A stretch of DNA of 60,123 bases, filler included. It is 4 parts of 4 records of this genome, joined end to end, with 100 filler letters (N's around TTAATTAATTAA, not from the genome) between each part and the next. Parts side by side here need not be neighbours in the genome. Positions count along the whole stretch, not along the records: positions 13,035 to 24,798 come from DRR723986_9319; positions 24,899 to 54,283 come from DRR723986_9326; 2 more parts are not named here. One strand, 5' to 3'. The position numbers were made by a program, and so were the translations under genes. The stretch's first letter is position 1, and each line of letters opens with the position of its first letter. Under the pieces are notes generated by a model that saw nothing but the letters and a program-made list of their open reading frames with translations, was not told where the DNA came from and searched no databases. Below are positions 20,633 through 30,900 of the stretch, piece by piece.

Positions 20633-21811
20633 TCAGGGCAATTTCAACAGATCTTCCCGTGAAAGTTCAAAGCCGGAGCCAATCCAGACCTGTTCCAGAT
20701 GCTTCAACCGCTGTCCCAGCGCAGGCCCGGTAAAGGTTGGCATCAGGTCCGCAGCTTTCAGTGGAAAAATCTTGGTAGTTGCCTCTACAATCGTCTCTAA
20801 CATTGAGGAGTTCGGCATATTTTCCGCAAGAGCGGACCGGAGCAATAGCGCCTGCTGTGCCACCTTTGCGCCGTGCCGATAGGCCAGTTCCGGCAGTGGC
20901 GGCCCGGAAAATCCGACCTCTCGTAACAAGGCAAGCTGTTTGTTGTCTGCCTTGCTCAGCCGCAAACGAACCGCCGGATCTTCACCGCCGAGCACTGCCA
21001 GACGGGTCAGCCAACTGGGGTCTAAGCCCAACACGCCCTCCATATGGATCAGAACAACCAACCATCGGTCATCACTGCCGGGCAAGAGCGCATGCAGCAC
21101 GCCAGTTTGGCGCATCGCTGCGACCGCGGGCGCAGGGTCCGGCGCGGCCAGAAGTTTGGTCATTTCCTGACCCACACGTTCTGCTGAAAGTGTCTCTAAT
21201 CCGTGGGTATTTGATGAAATGGCGGCCAGTGCATCTACGTCAAAGCCTTCTTGTTGATCCCCAAACCAAGCCGAAAACCGAAAGAACCGCAGAATGCGCA
21301 AATAGTCTTCCTGAATGCGAGCAGCCGGATCTTCGATGAACCTGATCCGCCGCGCCAGAAGATCGGGCAGACCGTTCAAGGGGTCCACAACCCCGCCCAG
21401 CGCATCTGCATAAAGCGCATTCATGGTGAAATCCCGGCGGCGGGCATCATCGGCAATATCATTGGAAAAAGCCACCACCGCACGGCGGCCATCGGTTTCT
21501 ACGTCTCGCCGAAACGTGGTGATTTCAAACGGTTTGCCACCGGCGACAACCGTAACAGTGCCGTGGTCAATGCCGGTCGGGATCGCCTTCATGCCTGCAT
21601 CTCCGGCCAATTGCATGACCTTTTCCGGCAGGGCATCGGTCGACATATCCACATCGCTATCGGCCAACTTCAAGAGTGCATTGCGCACACAGCCGCCGAC
21701 ATAATAAATCTGATACCCGCCTTCTTGGATCACACGGCAAACAGCCTGCGCATCTTTGTCCATCAACCAGCTGGTGCCGGGAGGAATCACAATGTCATTT
21801 GATTTGACCAT
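20633..21811 (-). CDS. cca: CCA tRNA nucleotidyltransferase
   Basis: VGGCVRNALL..DVD, EITTFR, DARRRDFTMNAL, EDYLRILRFFRF. Confidence 0.9.
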   Translation of the reverse strand: MVKSNDIVIPPGTSWLMDKDAQAVCRVIQEGGYQIYYVGGCVRNALLKLADSDVDMSTDALPEKVMQLAGDAGMKAIPTGIDHGTVTVVAGGKPFEITTFRRDVETDGRRAVVAFSNDIADDARRRDFTMNALYADALGGVVDPLNGLPDLLARRIRFIEDPAARIQEDYLRILRFFRFSAWFGDQQEGFDVDALAAISSNTHGLETLSAERVGQEMTKLLAAPDPAPAVAAMRQTGVLHALLPGSDDRWLVVLIHMEGVLGLDPSWLTRLAVLGGEDPAVRLRLSKADNKQLALLREVGFSGPPLPELAYRHGAKVAQQALLLRSALAENMPNSSMLETIVEATTKIFPLKAADLMPTFTGPALGQRLKHLEQVWIGSGFELSREDLLKLP

Positions 21812-22401
21812 GCCCGCAACATACGCGCGGTTGCGCCCCAGATGTAATAGGGTCCGTAAGGCACGACGAAATAATGCCGCCTTGTGCCCCGCCAGCGCCG
21901 GGATTGCACAAGATAATTGCCCGGATCAAGCAGATGATCCAGCGGCACAGAAAACACCTCTTCGACCTCACCGGGCTCTGGTTTGATCTCGAATGTGTCT
22001 CTAACAAAGGCAATGACAGGCGTCACATCAAAGCTGGTGACGGTTTCATGCGTGGGCAAAACGCCCAGAACATCGACTATATCGCGCGGCAGGCCGATCT
22101 CTTCTTCTGCCTCGCGCAGTGCAGCGGCAATAACATCTGCGTCGCCTTCGTCCTGCTTGCCACCCGGAAAGGCAATTTGCCCCGGATGGTGTTTGAGCGC
22201 GGACGACCGTTTGGTCAGCAACAACTCCAGCCGGCCATCAACCTGATGAATCGGTGCCAGCACCCCGGCAGGACGCAATTTGCGCCCCGCAGGTAAAACC
22301 ACATCAGGGTTCAGATCGAAGTCAGAGGAGGACGATCCACTGCGCAGCAAGGCCGCGCGAATATCGTCGATCTGCTTATGCACCGTCTGTTTCGGCCTCA
22401 A
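21787..22401 (-). CDS. CoA pyrophosphatase (Nudix, NudL-like)
   Basis: LLTKRS...HPGQIAFPGG, AALREAEEEIG, IWGATA. Confidence 0.92.
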   Translation of the reverse strand: MRPKQTVHKQIDDIRAALLRSGSSSSDFDLNPDVVLPAGRKLRPAGVLAPIHQVDGRLELLLTKRSSALKHHPGQIAFPGGKQDEGDADVIAAALREAEEEIGLPRDIVDVLGVLPTHETVTSFDVTPVIAFVRDTFEIKPEPGEVEEVFSVPLDHLLDPGNYLVQSRRWRGTRRHYFVVPYGPYYIWGATARMLRAWSNQMTL

Positions 22402-23371
22402 ATCCGACGCTGGACGGATCCAGATCGTAATGCGCCCCGCAGAACTGACAATCCGCCGTCACGCGCCCATCATCAGTGGTCATCTTTTCGATGTCCTTGG
22501 CCGAATAGATCGACAGGCTTTGCCGGACGCGATCTTCTGAACAGCTACAGCCAAACCGAACGGCTTGCGCATCAAACACCCGTGGCTGTTCCTCGTGAAA
22601 CAACCGCAGCAACAGATCCGTAGGCGGCACGCTTGGCCCGATCAATTCAAGATCCTCGACCGTGTTGAGCAACATGTTCACCCGGTTCCAGTTTTCTTCT
22701 TCATCACCGTGAACCAGATCGCTTGCACTCAGCACGTCACCGTTGCCTTCACCAGACGCGGCAAAGGGCGATGCTTTGGGCATATGCTGAAGCATGACGC
22801 CCCCGGCCCGCCAATGCTCCGCCTCATTGGGGCCAGAGGATTGGCCAAAGCTCAGCGAGAAGCGCGTCGGCAATTGTTCCGACTGCGCAAAATACGCCTC
22901 CGCGCAGGACGCCAGCGAATCGCCGGTGAGCGGGGTAATGCCCTGATAGGGGGTCATGCCCTCGCCCTGATCGATCATGATTGCAAAGTACCCCTCGCCC
23001 ACCTGATCAATCGGCGCGCCATCGGTCAGGCGGTCCGCGTCATAGCTGGCATAGGCGCGAATGCGCGCTGAACGCCCATCTTCGTCGGGGCCATAGTAAT
23101 CCGTTGCGATCATCCGCACTGGCCCCTTTGACTGCACCTGCAGGGACAGTTTCCAACGCAGCTTCATGGTCTGCCCGATCAATGCGGTCAGCAAGGCCAT
23201 CTCTGCCACCAGCGCTTCGACCTGCGCGGGATAGTCATGTTGTTTGAGAATGCCATCAAGCACACCATCAAGCCGCGCCACACGGCCACGGATATCGGCG
23301 TGATCCAACTGAAACGGCAGAACGCTATCGTCCCATGCGAGCTGTTGAGTGGGCTGGTGAGGAGAGGTCAT
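22376..23371 (-). CDS. hslO: Hsp33 redox-regulated chaperone
   Basis: YQGIT, YFAQSEQLPT, AGGVMLQ, CSC...CQFC zinc motif. Confidence 0.95.
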   Translation of the reverse strand: MTSPHQPTQQLAWDDSVLPFQLDHADIRGRVARLDGVLDGILKQHDYPAQVEALVAEMALLTALIGQTMKLRWKLSLQVQSKGPVRMIATDYYGPDEDGRSARIRAYASYDADRLTDGAPIDQVGEGYFAIMIDQGEGMTPYQGITPLTGDSLASCAEAYFAQSEQLPTRFSLSFGQSSGPNEAEHWRAGGVMLQHMPKASPFAASGEGNGDVLSASDLVHGDEEENWNRVNMLLNTVEDLELIGPSVPPTDLLLRLFHEEQPRVFDAQAVRFGCSCSEDRVRQSLSIYSAKDIEKMTTDDGRVTADCQFCGAHYDLDPSSVGFEAETDGA

Positions 23372-23460
23372 GGGGGTTTCCTTATCGGGGGCCGCTTGGC
23401 ATACCGCGTCTATATAGGGGCGGCAACCCGTGGATAAAGGGGCCGTTTCAACAGGAGGCG

Positions 23461-23907
23461 ATGATGATCAGACGGATTGGGGAAACACCCCGCTGGAACA
23501 AGCGTTATCGCATCAGACCGGGGGCTTATGCGATTTTGCCGCTGAAGGGCCGGTTTCTGATGACCGCGCAGATGGAGCCGCAGGTCGATGTTCAACTGCC
23601 CGGCGGCGGCATTGATCCCGGCGAATCGCCCTTGCAGGCCCTGCATCGCGAGGTTCTGGAAGAGATCGGTTGGCGCATCGCCGATCCCCGCCGCCTAGGT
23701 GCGTTCCGGCGATTTGTGTTCATGCCTGAATATGATCTCTGGGCCGAAAAGATATGCCATGTTTATGTCGCCCATCCCGTTCGCCGGATCACAGATCCGA
23801 TCGAGCCGGACCATGCGACGCTGGTTTTGTCCGGCACTGACGCGGTAAGTGCATTGGGCAATGACGGGGACCGGATGTTTTTGTCACGCTACCTGCATCA
23901 GCGCTGA
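23461..23907 (+). CDS. NUDIX hydrolase
   Basis: LPGGGIDPGESPLQALHREVLEEIG Nudix box; AGGAGG RBS before ATG 23461. Confidence 0.9.
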   Translation: MMIRRIGETPRWNKRYRIRPGAYAILPLKGRFLMTAQMEPQVDVQLPGGGIDPGESPLQALHREVLEEIGWRIADPRRLGAFRRFVFMPEYDLWAEKICHVYVAHPVRRITDPIEPDHATLVLSGTDAVSALGNDGDRMFLSRYLHQR

Positions 23908-24797
23908 TCGGGCCCGGAAAACTCGAACAAAATCCCCGAGATGTCATCGGGAAACTCACTTGTGCCTGAAAAACAGGACAACTCCCAAACCAATCCCTCA
24001 AACAGCGCTTGGCCAGTGACCCCCTGTAACGCATCAAGGATCGTCGCCAGCCCGCATTCATCCAGCAGCTGATCATTGGTGTCGGGGCATTCTGTCACCC
24101 CATCAGACAAGATCAGCAAACGATCACCGGACCGCAGAGAAATTTCAAACTGATCAAAGGGGATCCCCGGCAACAGGCCCACAGGAAAACCGCCCGTGCC
24201 GGATTGATCAATCGTGCCGTCAGCGCGTTGCACCACCGGATGCGGATGCCCCGCCTGGGCGATCTGCACGGCACCGGTGTTCAGATCTATATTGGCAAGC
24301 ATCAGCGTAAAATAATGCTCTGTTTCCATCTCGTTCAGCACAAGTTCATTCAATGCAGTGACGACCTCTGCGGGCGGGCGCAGCGTATACTCGCCCGCCT
24401 CTGACCGTTGCAAAGCAATGTTCTGGTCCGGGGCCGTTGCAGACAAATAGCCAGCCAAACGCGCCGTCATCAGCGCCGAACTGATGCCATGACCAGAGAC
24501 ATCAATGGCAAAAAGACCCAAATGATCCGCACCAACCGGATAAAACCCGACCAGATCCCCCCCGACGTGGCCACTGGGCCGCAACAAAAGTGACAATTGC
24601 CCCCGATCAAAGGTGGCGCTGCGCTGCCGCAACAAGGATTGTTGCAGCTTTTTCGCCTCAAGAAGATCCGAATCGAGGGAATCGTAGACACGCTGTAGCT
24701 CATCGAGCGTATCGGTGATCATACGGTTGGTCTGCGAAAGCTCTCGCTGCATGTCGATGATCCGCTCACCCGCCGTAATTCGCGCACGGAGTTCATT
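23898..24797 (-). CDS. PP2C/SpoIIE-type phosphatase, probably response-regulator fusion (5'-truncated)
   Basis: VGGD, IDVSGHG, AGHP, SDGVTE, DDIS motifs; frame stays open to contig edge with ELRARITAGER (end of a receiver domain). Confidence 0.9.
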   Translation of the reverse strand, partial: NELRARITAGERIIDMQRELSQTNRMITDTLDELQRVYDSLDSDLLEAKKLQQSLLRQRSATFDRGQLSLLLRPSGHVGGDLVGFYPVGADHLGLFAIDVSGHGISSALMTARLAGYLSATAPDQNIALQRSEAGEYTLRPPAEVVTALNELVLNEMETEHYFTLMLANIDLNTGAVQIAQAGHPHPVVQRADGTIDQSGTGGFPVGLLPGIPFDQFEISLRSGDRLLILSDGVTECPDTNDQLLDECGLATILDALQGVTGQALFEGLVWELSCFSGTSEFPDDISGILFEFSGPDQR

Positions 24798-24798
24798 T

Positions 24799-24898
24799 NN
24801 NNNNNNNNNNNNNNNNNNNNNNNNNNNNNNNNNNNNNNNNNNTTAATTAATTAANNNNNNNNNNNNNNNNNNNNNNNNNNNNNNNNNNNNNNNNNNNN
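24799..24898. other. Artificial contig spacer
   Basis: 44 N + TTAATTAATTAA + 44 N. Confidence 0.99.
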
Positions 24899-24919
24899 TT
24901 CAATCTTCCGATCCAAAAA

Positions 24920-25032
24920 CTAACAAAAAGAAAAAGCCAGCCATTGAGCCGACCGTCAGGTGAGAGGCGAAAAGGGCGCAGCGACGCAGGAAAAAGCCAG
25001 CCGGGAGACCTGGGCGAGAGGCGCAGCGATCT
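24920..25032 (+). repeat. Copy D (tandemly duplicated, diverged) of dispersed structured repeat
   Basis: GAAAAAGCCAGCC at 24930 and 24990; ends AGGCGCAGCGATCT (12/14 identical to AGGCGCTGCAATCT); GGCGCAGCGA at 24975 and 25020. Confidence 0.6.
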
Positions 25033-25194
25033 GGAATCGAACAGGTGGCCATACTCTCCAGACCATCCCCTGATTCAACAACAATCGCGCCTGCATGGAG
25101 CATTCGTGCCCAGCGTTGTATATTGCCGATTCTTAGTGGAATAGCCCGCGGGACCTGGGGCGTATTTTTAGATGTTTTGGCCTGGTAATGTGAC

Positions 25195-27480
25195 ATGGAT
25201 GATGATTTTGAAGCGCTGGACGCAAATCTGCAAACCATTCAGTCGATCTTGAATGAACAGCCATTGCTGGCACTGGAACGCGTCCAGAAGTTGCTTGCAG
25301 ACGAGCCAATAATTAGCATTGACGAGGAAAAAGCGGACGAGCGACTCCTGCGATATCGCTATGAACTGACGTGGCTTGCCACTGAGGCGGCAATCTGTAC
25401 AGGTAATGATGCCCTTGCCGAACAACTTGGACGTGCGGCGCTGCTGGATGCAAGGATGATTGGTGACAAACATCGGATTATTCTTGCATCACTACACCTG
25501 TGTTACGTGGGATCGTGGGTCGAGTTTGCCGCAAGACGCAATCAGCTGCTGGATGAAGTTTCGCAGCTACTGACGGAACTGGACGAAGTCCCACAAGAAC
25601 TTCTACTTGAAGTTGCGCTTGCGCGGACGCAGGTGGCCATGCAATTGGAGGATCTTGAACGGCTGGAGCGCGAATTGCCCGTACTGGAAAAACGGATACA
25701 AGCGCAGGATTCCGGCCTGCAGCGCAATGACAAAGCCAGGTACCAGCTGGCACTTATGCATTTTTTCCGGTCCTTCAAATATCGCATGCAAGGCAAGCTT
25801 GAAATTGCATTACAGAATTGCAGGGACGCACTAAACATATTCCAGGAGATTAATCACGCTACCGGGCAAAGCCGCTGCCATTTGTTTATCTCGATACTCC
25901 TGCTGATGCTGGGTAAAACTACTGAATCAGATGCAATGGTGCATGCAGGTCTCAAAGTCAACAAATTGGTCGGAAATCCAAACTATCAGGGCAGCCTCTT
26001 AATGCTGTTGGCCATTGCTGCGCGGCGCAATGGTAAACTGCATGACGCTATGCGCTATCTGGAACGCTGCGTTGAGATATTCGAGGACAATGAAGACACA
26101 CTCAACCTGGTTAACTGCCTGAACAATATCGCCGATGTTTGTAATGCGCGCGGCGAATATGGTAGTGCGCTGAAGTCGGGTTTTAAGGCTCTCGACCTGA
26201 TAACAACGCTGGGAAGCGGCGCACTGCGCGCTGAAGTTACACTCCATCACATCGGTCTGGCATACATGCAGTTGGGCGACTATGAACAGTCGCTAAAGTA
26301 CTACCTGGAGTCGATAGAAGTCTTGCACACGCTGAATCACCCTGAACTAAAGATTCAGTCTCTGGGCGTTGTTGGTCGGCTCTACCAACGCATGCAAGAT
26401 TTTGATCGTGCCGAAGAGTACTTTCGGCAGGGACTGCAAGAGAGCCAGACATTCGACAATCCGCGCCTCAAACGCGAGATGCGACTTAACATGGCGAATC
26501 TGTTAACTGAGCGCGGAGATGACGGTGCTGCGCGCGGCTACTACGATGAGGCATTGCAGGTTGCAGGGCAAGGATTTGAGCCGATGCAAACGGCCGAGAT
26601 TTTACGCGGCCTGGGCCAGATTCAGCAAAGAGACGGCAACACTGCCGAGGCTCTTTCACTGTTTGAACGCGCACTGCAGACGCAGGAAAGTGCCGGTGCA
26701 ACCGAAGAATCGGTAGAGACGCGCCGGTTAATGGGCCTGGCACTGCTGAAGGAAGATGCGACAAGCGCACTTGAACAGTTAAACAAAACGCTGCAGGTAG
26801 CGCAGGACAACAACCTAAAGAACAAGCTGCCGGAAATATTTGAAGCACTGGCACAGCTCCACGAATCACAAAAGGCGCCACATCGAGCGCTTACCTATTA
26901 CCGCCGCTATCTAAACGGCATGCGCCAACGTTTTGACGAACGCAATGCGCAGCGTTTAACAAATCTCAGGGCTTTGCATGAAGTTGATGAGGCACGCCGT
27001 GAGGCCGAAGTCCTGCAACTCAAAAATGAACACCTGCGTAGCGATATCGCGACAAAAGAACAAGAGTTAACAAGCAAAGCATTGTTTGTGTCAAACAAAA
27101 ACGACCTTCTGAAGAAGCTGCGCCACAAACTAGTCCAGGCCCAGCACGGTCCATCCAACGTTCTCAGCCGGAGCGTCGCTGAAGTGTTACGCACGATTGA
27201 TGATTCAATCAACGACAAGGGTGACTGGCTGCAACTGGATGAACGCCTCAACAGCACGCATCGCGATTTCCTGCAGAAAGTCTCGCAATTGTATCCGCGC
27301 ATGTCCCCTACTGAACTGCGCGTCTGCTCGCTGATCCGCCTGAACTGCGCTACCAAGGACATTGCACAGATAATGAACGTCTCGACGCGTAGCGCTGAAA
27401 TGTACCGTTATCGAATTCGGCAGAAGATGGCGCTAACGCCAAATGAGAATCTGCATGCCACGCTTTTGTCGATAAACTAG
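25195..27480 (+). CDS. Soluble TPR-repeat protein with C-terminal LuxR/GerE HTH (transcriptional regulator)
   Basis: Many TPRs (e.g. LHHIGLAYMQLGDYEQSLKYYLESIE); C-terminal YPRMSPTELRVCSLIRLNCATKDIAQIMNVSTRSAEMYRYRIRQK; no TM segment. Confidence 0.9.
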   Translation: MDDDFEALDANLQTIQSILNEQPLLALERVQKLLADEPIISIDEEKADERLLRYRYELTWLATEAAICTGNDALAEQLGRAALLDARMIGDKHRIILASLHLCYVGSWVEFAARRNQLLDEVSQLLTELDEVPQELLLEVALARTQVAMQLEDLERLERELPVLEKRIQAQDSGLQRNDKARYQLALMHFFRSFKYRMQGKLEIALQNCRDALNIFQEINHATGQSRCHLFISILLLMLGKTTESDAMVHAGLKVNKLVGNPNYQGSLLMLLAIAARRNGKLHDAMRYLERCVEIFEDNEDTLNLVNCLNNIADVCNARGEYGSALKSGFKALDLITTLGSGALRAEVTLHHIGLAYMQLGDYEQSLKYYLESIEVLHTLNHPELKIQSLGVVGRLYQRMQDFDRAEEYFRQGLQESQTFDNPRLKREMRLNMANLLTERGDDGAARGYYDEALQVAGQGFEPMQTAEILRGLGQIQQRDGNTAEALSLFERALQTQESAGATEESVETRRLMGLALLKEDATSALEQLNKTLQVAQDNNLKNKLPEIFEALAQLHESQKAPHRALTYYRRYLNGMRQRFDERNAQRLTNLRALHEVDEARREAEVLQLKNEHLRSDIATKEQELTSKALFVSNKNDLLKKLRHKLVQAQHGPSNVLSRSVAEVLRTIDDSINDKGDWLQLDERLNSTHRDFLQKVSQLYPRMSPTELRVCSLIRLNCATKDIAQIMNVSTRSAEMYRYRIRQKMALTPNENLHATLLSIN

Positions 27481-27561
27481 CCGGAAGTCGCCGAGTTTTG
27501 CAGCTCACTCACCATCTGTGAGTTTTTGTAGGGGTGCCGTTACCAAAACCTCACATTCAGC

Positions 27562-27589
27562 CGTAAACCCACTTCTATCAACAACTTAG
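27562..27589 (+). promoter_or_regulatory. 28-bp motif shared with 10763-10790; contains perfect IHF consensus WATCAANNNNTTR
   Basis: CGTAAACCCACTTCTATCAACAACTTAG; TATCAACAACTTA fits the IHF consensus. Confidence 0.45.
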
Positions 27590-27980
27590 ACACCACACCA
27601 GCCAATCAATTCACCTATTTGAGTCTGTGGAATGCGTGCCAACACCAATAGAGCGATCATTTGTTCGGCACATTCTGCCCCAGGAACGTAAATTGCGAAC
27701 AAGAGTCGTACAAGCCTTATGAGAGAGTCCTGGCAGACATCGCATTGCGGAATCGAAGAAGCCGGGGATCCAGACAACATGAAAAGCAGCAATTAAAATC
27801 GATTGTGCCGCGGCGTGGGAGTCGCGCACCAACAATTATGTCAATCGTTTAAGATGATTCCCTTGTCGTATTCGGGAACATCGTTATTGGAGCGTTAGTA
27901 CGGTTCATCATCTCAGTTCAGTTTTGGTCTTGCCGGCAAGCCAGGGCAAGGTTATCAGTAGCTATAGGGAAGTCTTAACA

Positions 27981-30900
27981 ATGCAACGTTTGCGCACACA
28001 TTCGATACCAGCAGCTCTCAAGCGATTCAGGAAAGACGCACGCCGCCTGCGGCGGCTACAGAATAGAGGCGACGGCACAGCTGCAACGCGCCAGAAAGTG
28101 AGCTTTCTGAGCAAACGTCTGGAACAGCTGCGCCGCATAATCAATCCGCTGGCCAATGCCAGAACGGCAGCTATGCTGACGGCAATAATGAGCGCAGCAA
28201 CGGCGACGGCACTCGCGCAACCCAAAGTCACAGCGCTCTCTCCCGCTACCAACGCCTCGCAGGTGTTGCGCAGCGCAAATGTTAACATCACCTTTAGCGA
28301 AGCGATGAATGCCGCATCAATTGATGCGGACAACATTCTGATATTTGGTTCTCAATCCGGTTACCGTAGTACTCGAGCCAGCTTCAGCGGCAATCCGGCA
28401 CTGGCCATCGATCCCGACGACAGCTTCTTTCCAAATGAACTGATTAGTGTGACCGTGACCAACGCGCAATCTGCCGGTCTGATACAAATTGACCGCGCGC
28501 TCGTATACGAGTTCAGAGCGCGATCGCAAGGGGGAACCGGAACCTTCTCTGAACAAAGTATCAGCGGCAGCGGCAGTGGGGTGGGTGTCGGAGATTTTAA
28601 TTCTGACGGACACCTCGATCTGTTTATGGGTCAAGGAACTTCTGGTGGAAGTAGAATTCACCTCAACAATGGTGATGCTACATTTCAAGTGAGTACGTTT
28701 GGCAGCGGATATGTCAAATTCTCAGCATGTGGAGATATTGACGCGGATGGTGATCTCGATGTAATCACCGCAACCAACAACGGCTATCCAAACGAGATTT
28801 GGTTGAACAATGGTGATGGTACTTTCACGATATCGACACACGGAAGCGGAGGAGAGTCGAATGGTGTCGATTTAGGTGATCTTGACGGCGATGGTGATCT
28901 TGACGCTATTTTTGCTAATTACGGTACACTATCAGATGTATGGTTAAACAACGGTGATGGTACATTCAATACCGCGAATCTGGGCGTTGTCAGAGATTTT
29001 AGAGCTGTGACCTTTGGTGACATTGATCAGGATGGCGATCTCGACGCTTTTGTTGTAAGCAGGAATAGTAGTGAAAGTGAAGTCTGGCTCAACAATGGTG
29101 ATGCCACTTTTGCTCGCAATACAATTGCAATCAACGCTCATGCTGCTTTAGCTTATGACATTGACGAAGATGGCAACCTGGATATCATAACAGGCAACCT
29201 GTTTGATGACGGCAGCATTCTGCTGGGCAATGGAGATGGCACATTTCAGGCACCATCTGTTTTCTATACTGATGGAATCTATAACCTCGATGTCGGTGAC
29301 CTGGATGGTGATGGTGATCTGGACATTGTGGCAGCAAGCAATTCTGAGAACCTACGATTCTTTAACAATGGGGACGAGACATTTACATCAGCATCTGAGA
29401 CAACTTCCAATCACAGAAGGATCTTACTCGGTGACGTAGATGGAGATGCGGATCTGGATATAATAGCAGGAACCGCCAATTCGACGAGTCGTGTGTACTT
29501 CAACAATGATGCTCCCACAGCATTTCCCCAGACACCCGACTTTAATGCTGAAAATGTTAATCTGGACGCCAATATCCAGATAGGCTTCAATCAGGCAATG
29601 GACACAGGTACTTTAACTGTCAGTCCATTTCCAACGGCCAGCATTCGCGTGTTTGCCTCCGAGCGTGGACAAATCAGTACAAATGCGGGAATCAGTTTCA
29701 GCAACGGAAATCAGCGTGCGACGCTCAATCCACTTAACAATTTCCGCGCAGGTGAATTGATCAGCGTCAGCGTAACGAGTGCAATCACGGATGCCAACGG
29801 AATCCAGGCAACGTCTGGCACAGTCTATCAATTCCGCGCCACCAGTGCGATTGCAGCAGCTACATTTAACTCGCTAAATACCATTTCCGGCTCGACATTT
29901 GGCGTCAGCCTTGGTGACCTAAACAATGATGGCCATCTGGACGCTTTGTTATCCTTTTTTAGCGCTTCACCTGCAATTCTGCTCGGCAATGGAGACGGAA
30001 CGTTCAGTAATTCAACATTTGGTCCGAGTTTACAAACTGACGGTAATGCGCTCGGTGACCTGGATGGTGACGGCGATTTGGATGCGGTGATCGGCCGCGT
30101 TGCTGCAGCTCGTGACATCTGGTTAAACAACGGCGACGGAACTTTTACAAGCTCGGCCTTTGACAGCGGCAACAATGTCAGCAAAGTCGCAATTGGTGAC
30201 ATGGATGGTGATGGCGATCTGGATGTCGTTTTTGCAGGTTCCGGCAGCTCTCGCGAGCGCCTCTGGTTAAACAATGGTGATGCAACGTTTGCCAGCTCAA
30301 CATTTGGCGACGCACAGAATTCGCAGGACTTATTTATCGGTGATGTTGACAACGACGGCGACTTGGACGTAATCGTTGGCAATTATGGTACGGAAAGCAT
30401 TAACTTAAACAATGGTGATGCAACATTTGTACGGACGAGTTTTGGCAGCGGCAACACGCTTGGTATGGATGGCGGTGATTTTAATGCGGACGGCAACCTT
30501 GACGTCGTTTTTGCGCGCAATGGCTCTTCCTCATACATCTGGCTCGGCAATGGCGACGGAACCTTTGCAAGCAGCACGCTCGGCCCTTCGGGTTCACGCG
30601 ATGCCGTGGTTGGGGATCTTGATGGTGATGGCGACGAAGATATCGTCATGTTCCGCAATGGAGCCGAGGAAGTCTGGCTCAATGACGGCAATGCAAATTT
30701 CGTAAGTAGTAGTTTTGGCGGTGGTGGTAGCATTGCCGGTGCAATCGGTGATATTGACGGCGACGGTGATCTTGATGTCTACGCGGGCAACTTTCTGAAC
30801 GAAGTCGACAATGTCTGGCTGAATCTTCCGATCGCACCCACGATCACGAACCTAAACCCAAATACGACGTCGGCAACACTCGCGCCGCTGGCTGTAACAG

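Noticed and set aside
13035-24798. Contig 2 as a candidate novel locus (two L,D-transpeptidases, CAP protein, paired ABC exporters)
   Set aside because: Recognisable housekeeping neighbourhood of Roseobacter-group bacteria; no unexplained structure seen.
24920-25032. Repeat-spacer-repeat pattern resembling a mini CRISPR array
   Set aside because: Only two short 13-nt repeats, partly similar intervening sequence, no cas genes; better explained as a duplicated copy of the dispersed element.
27719-27730. ATGAGAGAGTCC shared with 48719-48730
   Set aside because: Isolated 12-mer with no flanking similarity; expected by chance in 60 kb.
27661-27852. Small ORF after the TPR-LuxR gene as an RRNPP-like signalling peptide
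   Set aside because: TTG start, no RBS, no signal-peptide character and no counterpart at the contig 1 locus.
28560-30830. Nucleotide-level repeats in FG-GAP (and RCC1, Kelch, WG) regions as a DGR template/variable pair
   Set aside because: They follow protein repeat motifs with synonymous variation; no adenine-specific mismatch pair and no reverse transcriptase.
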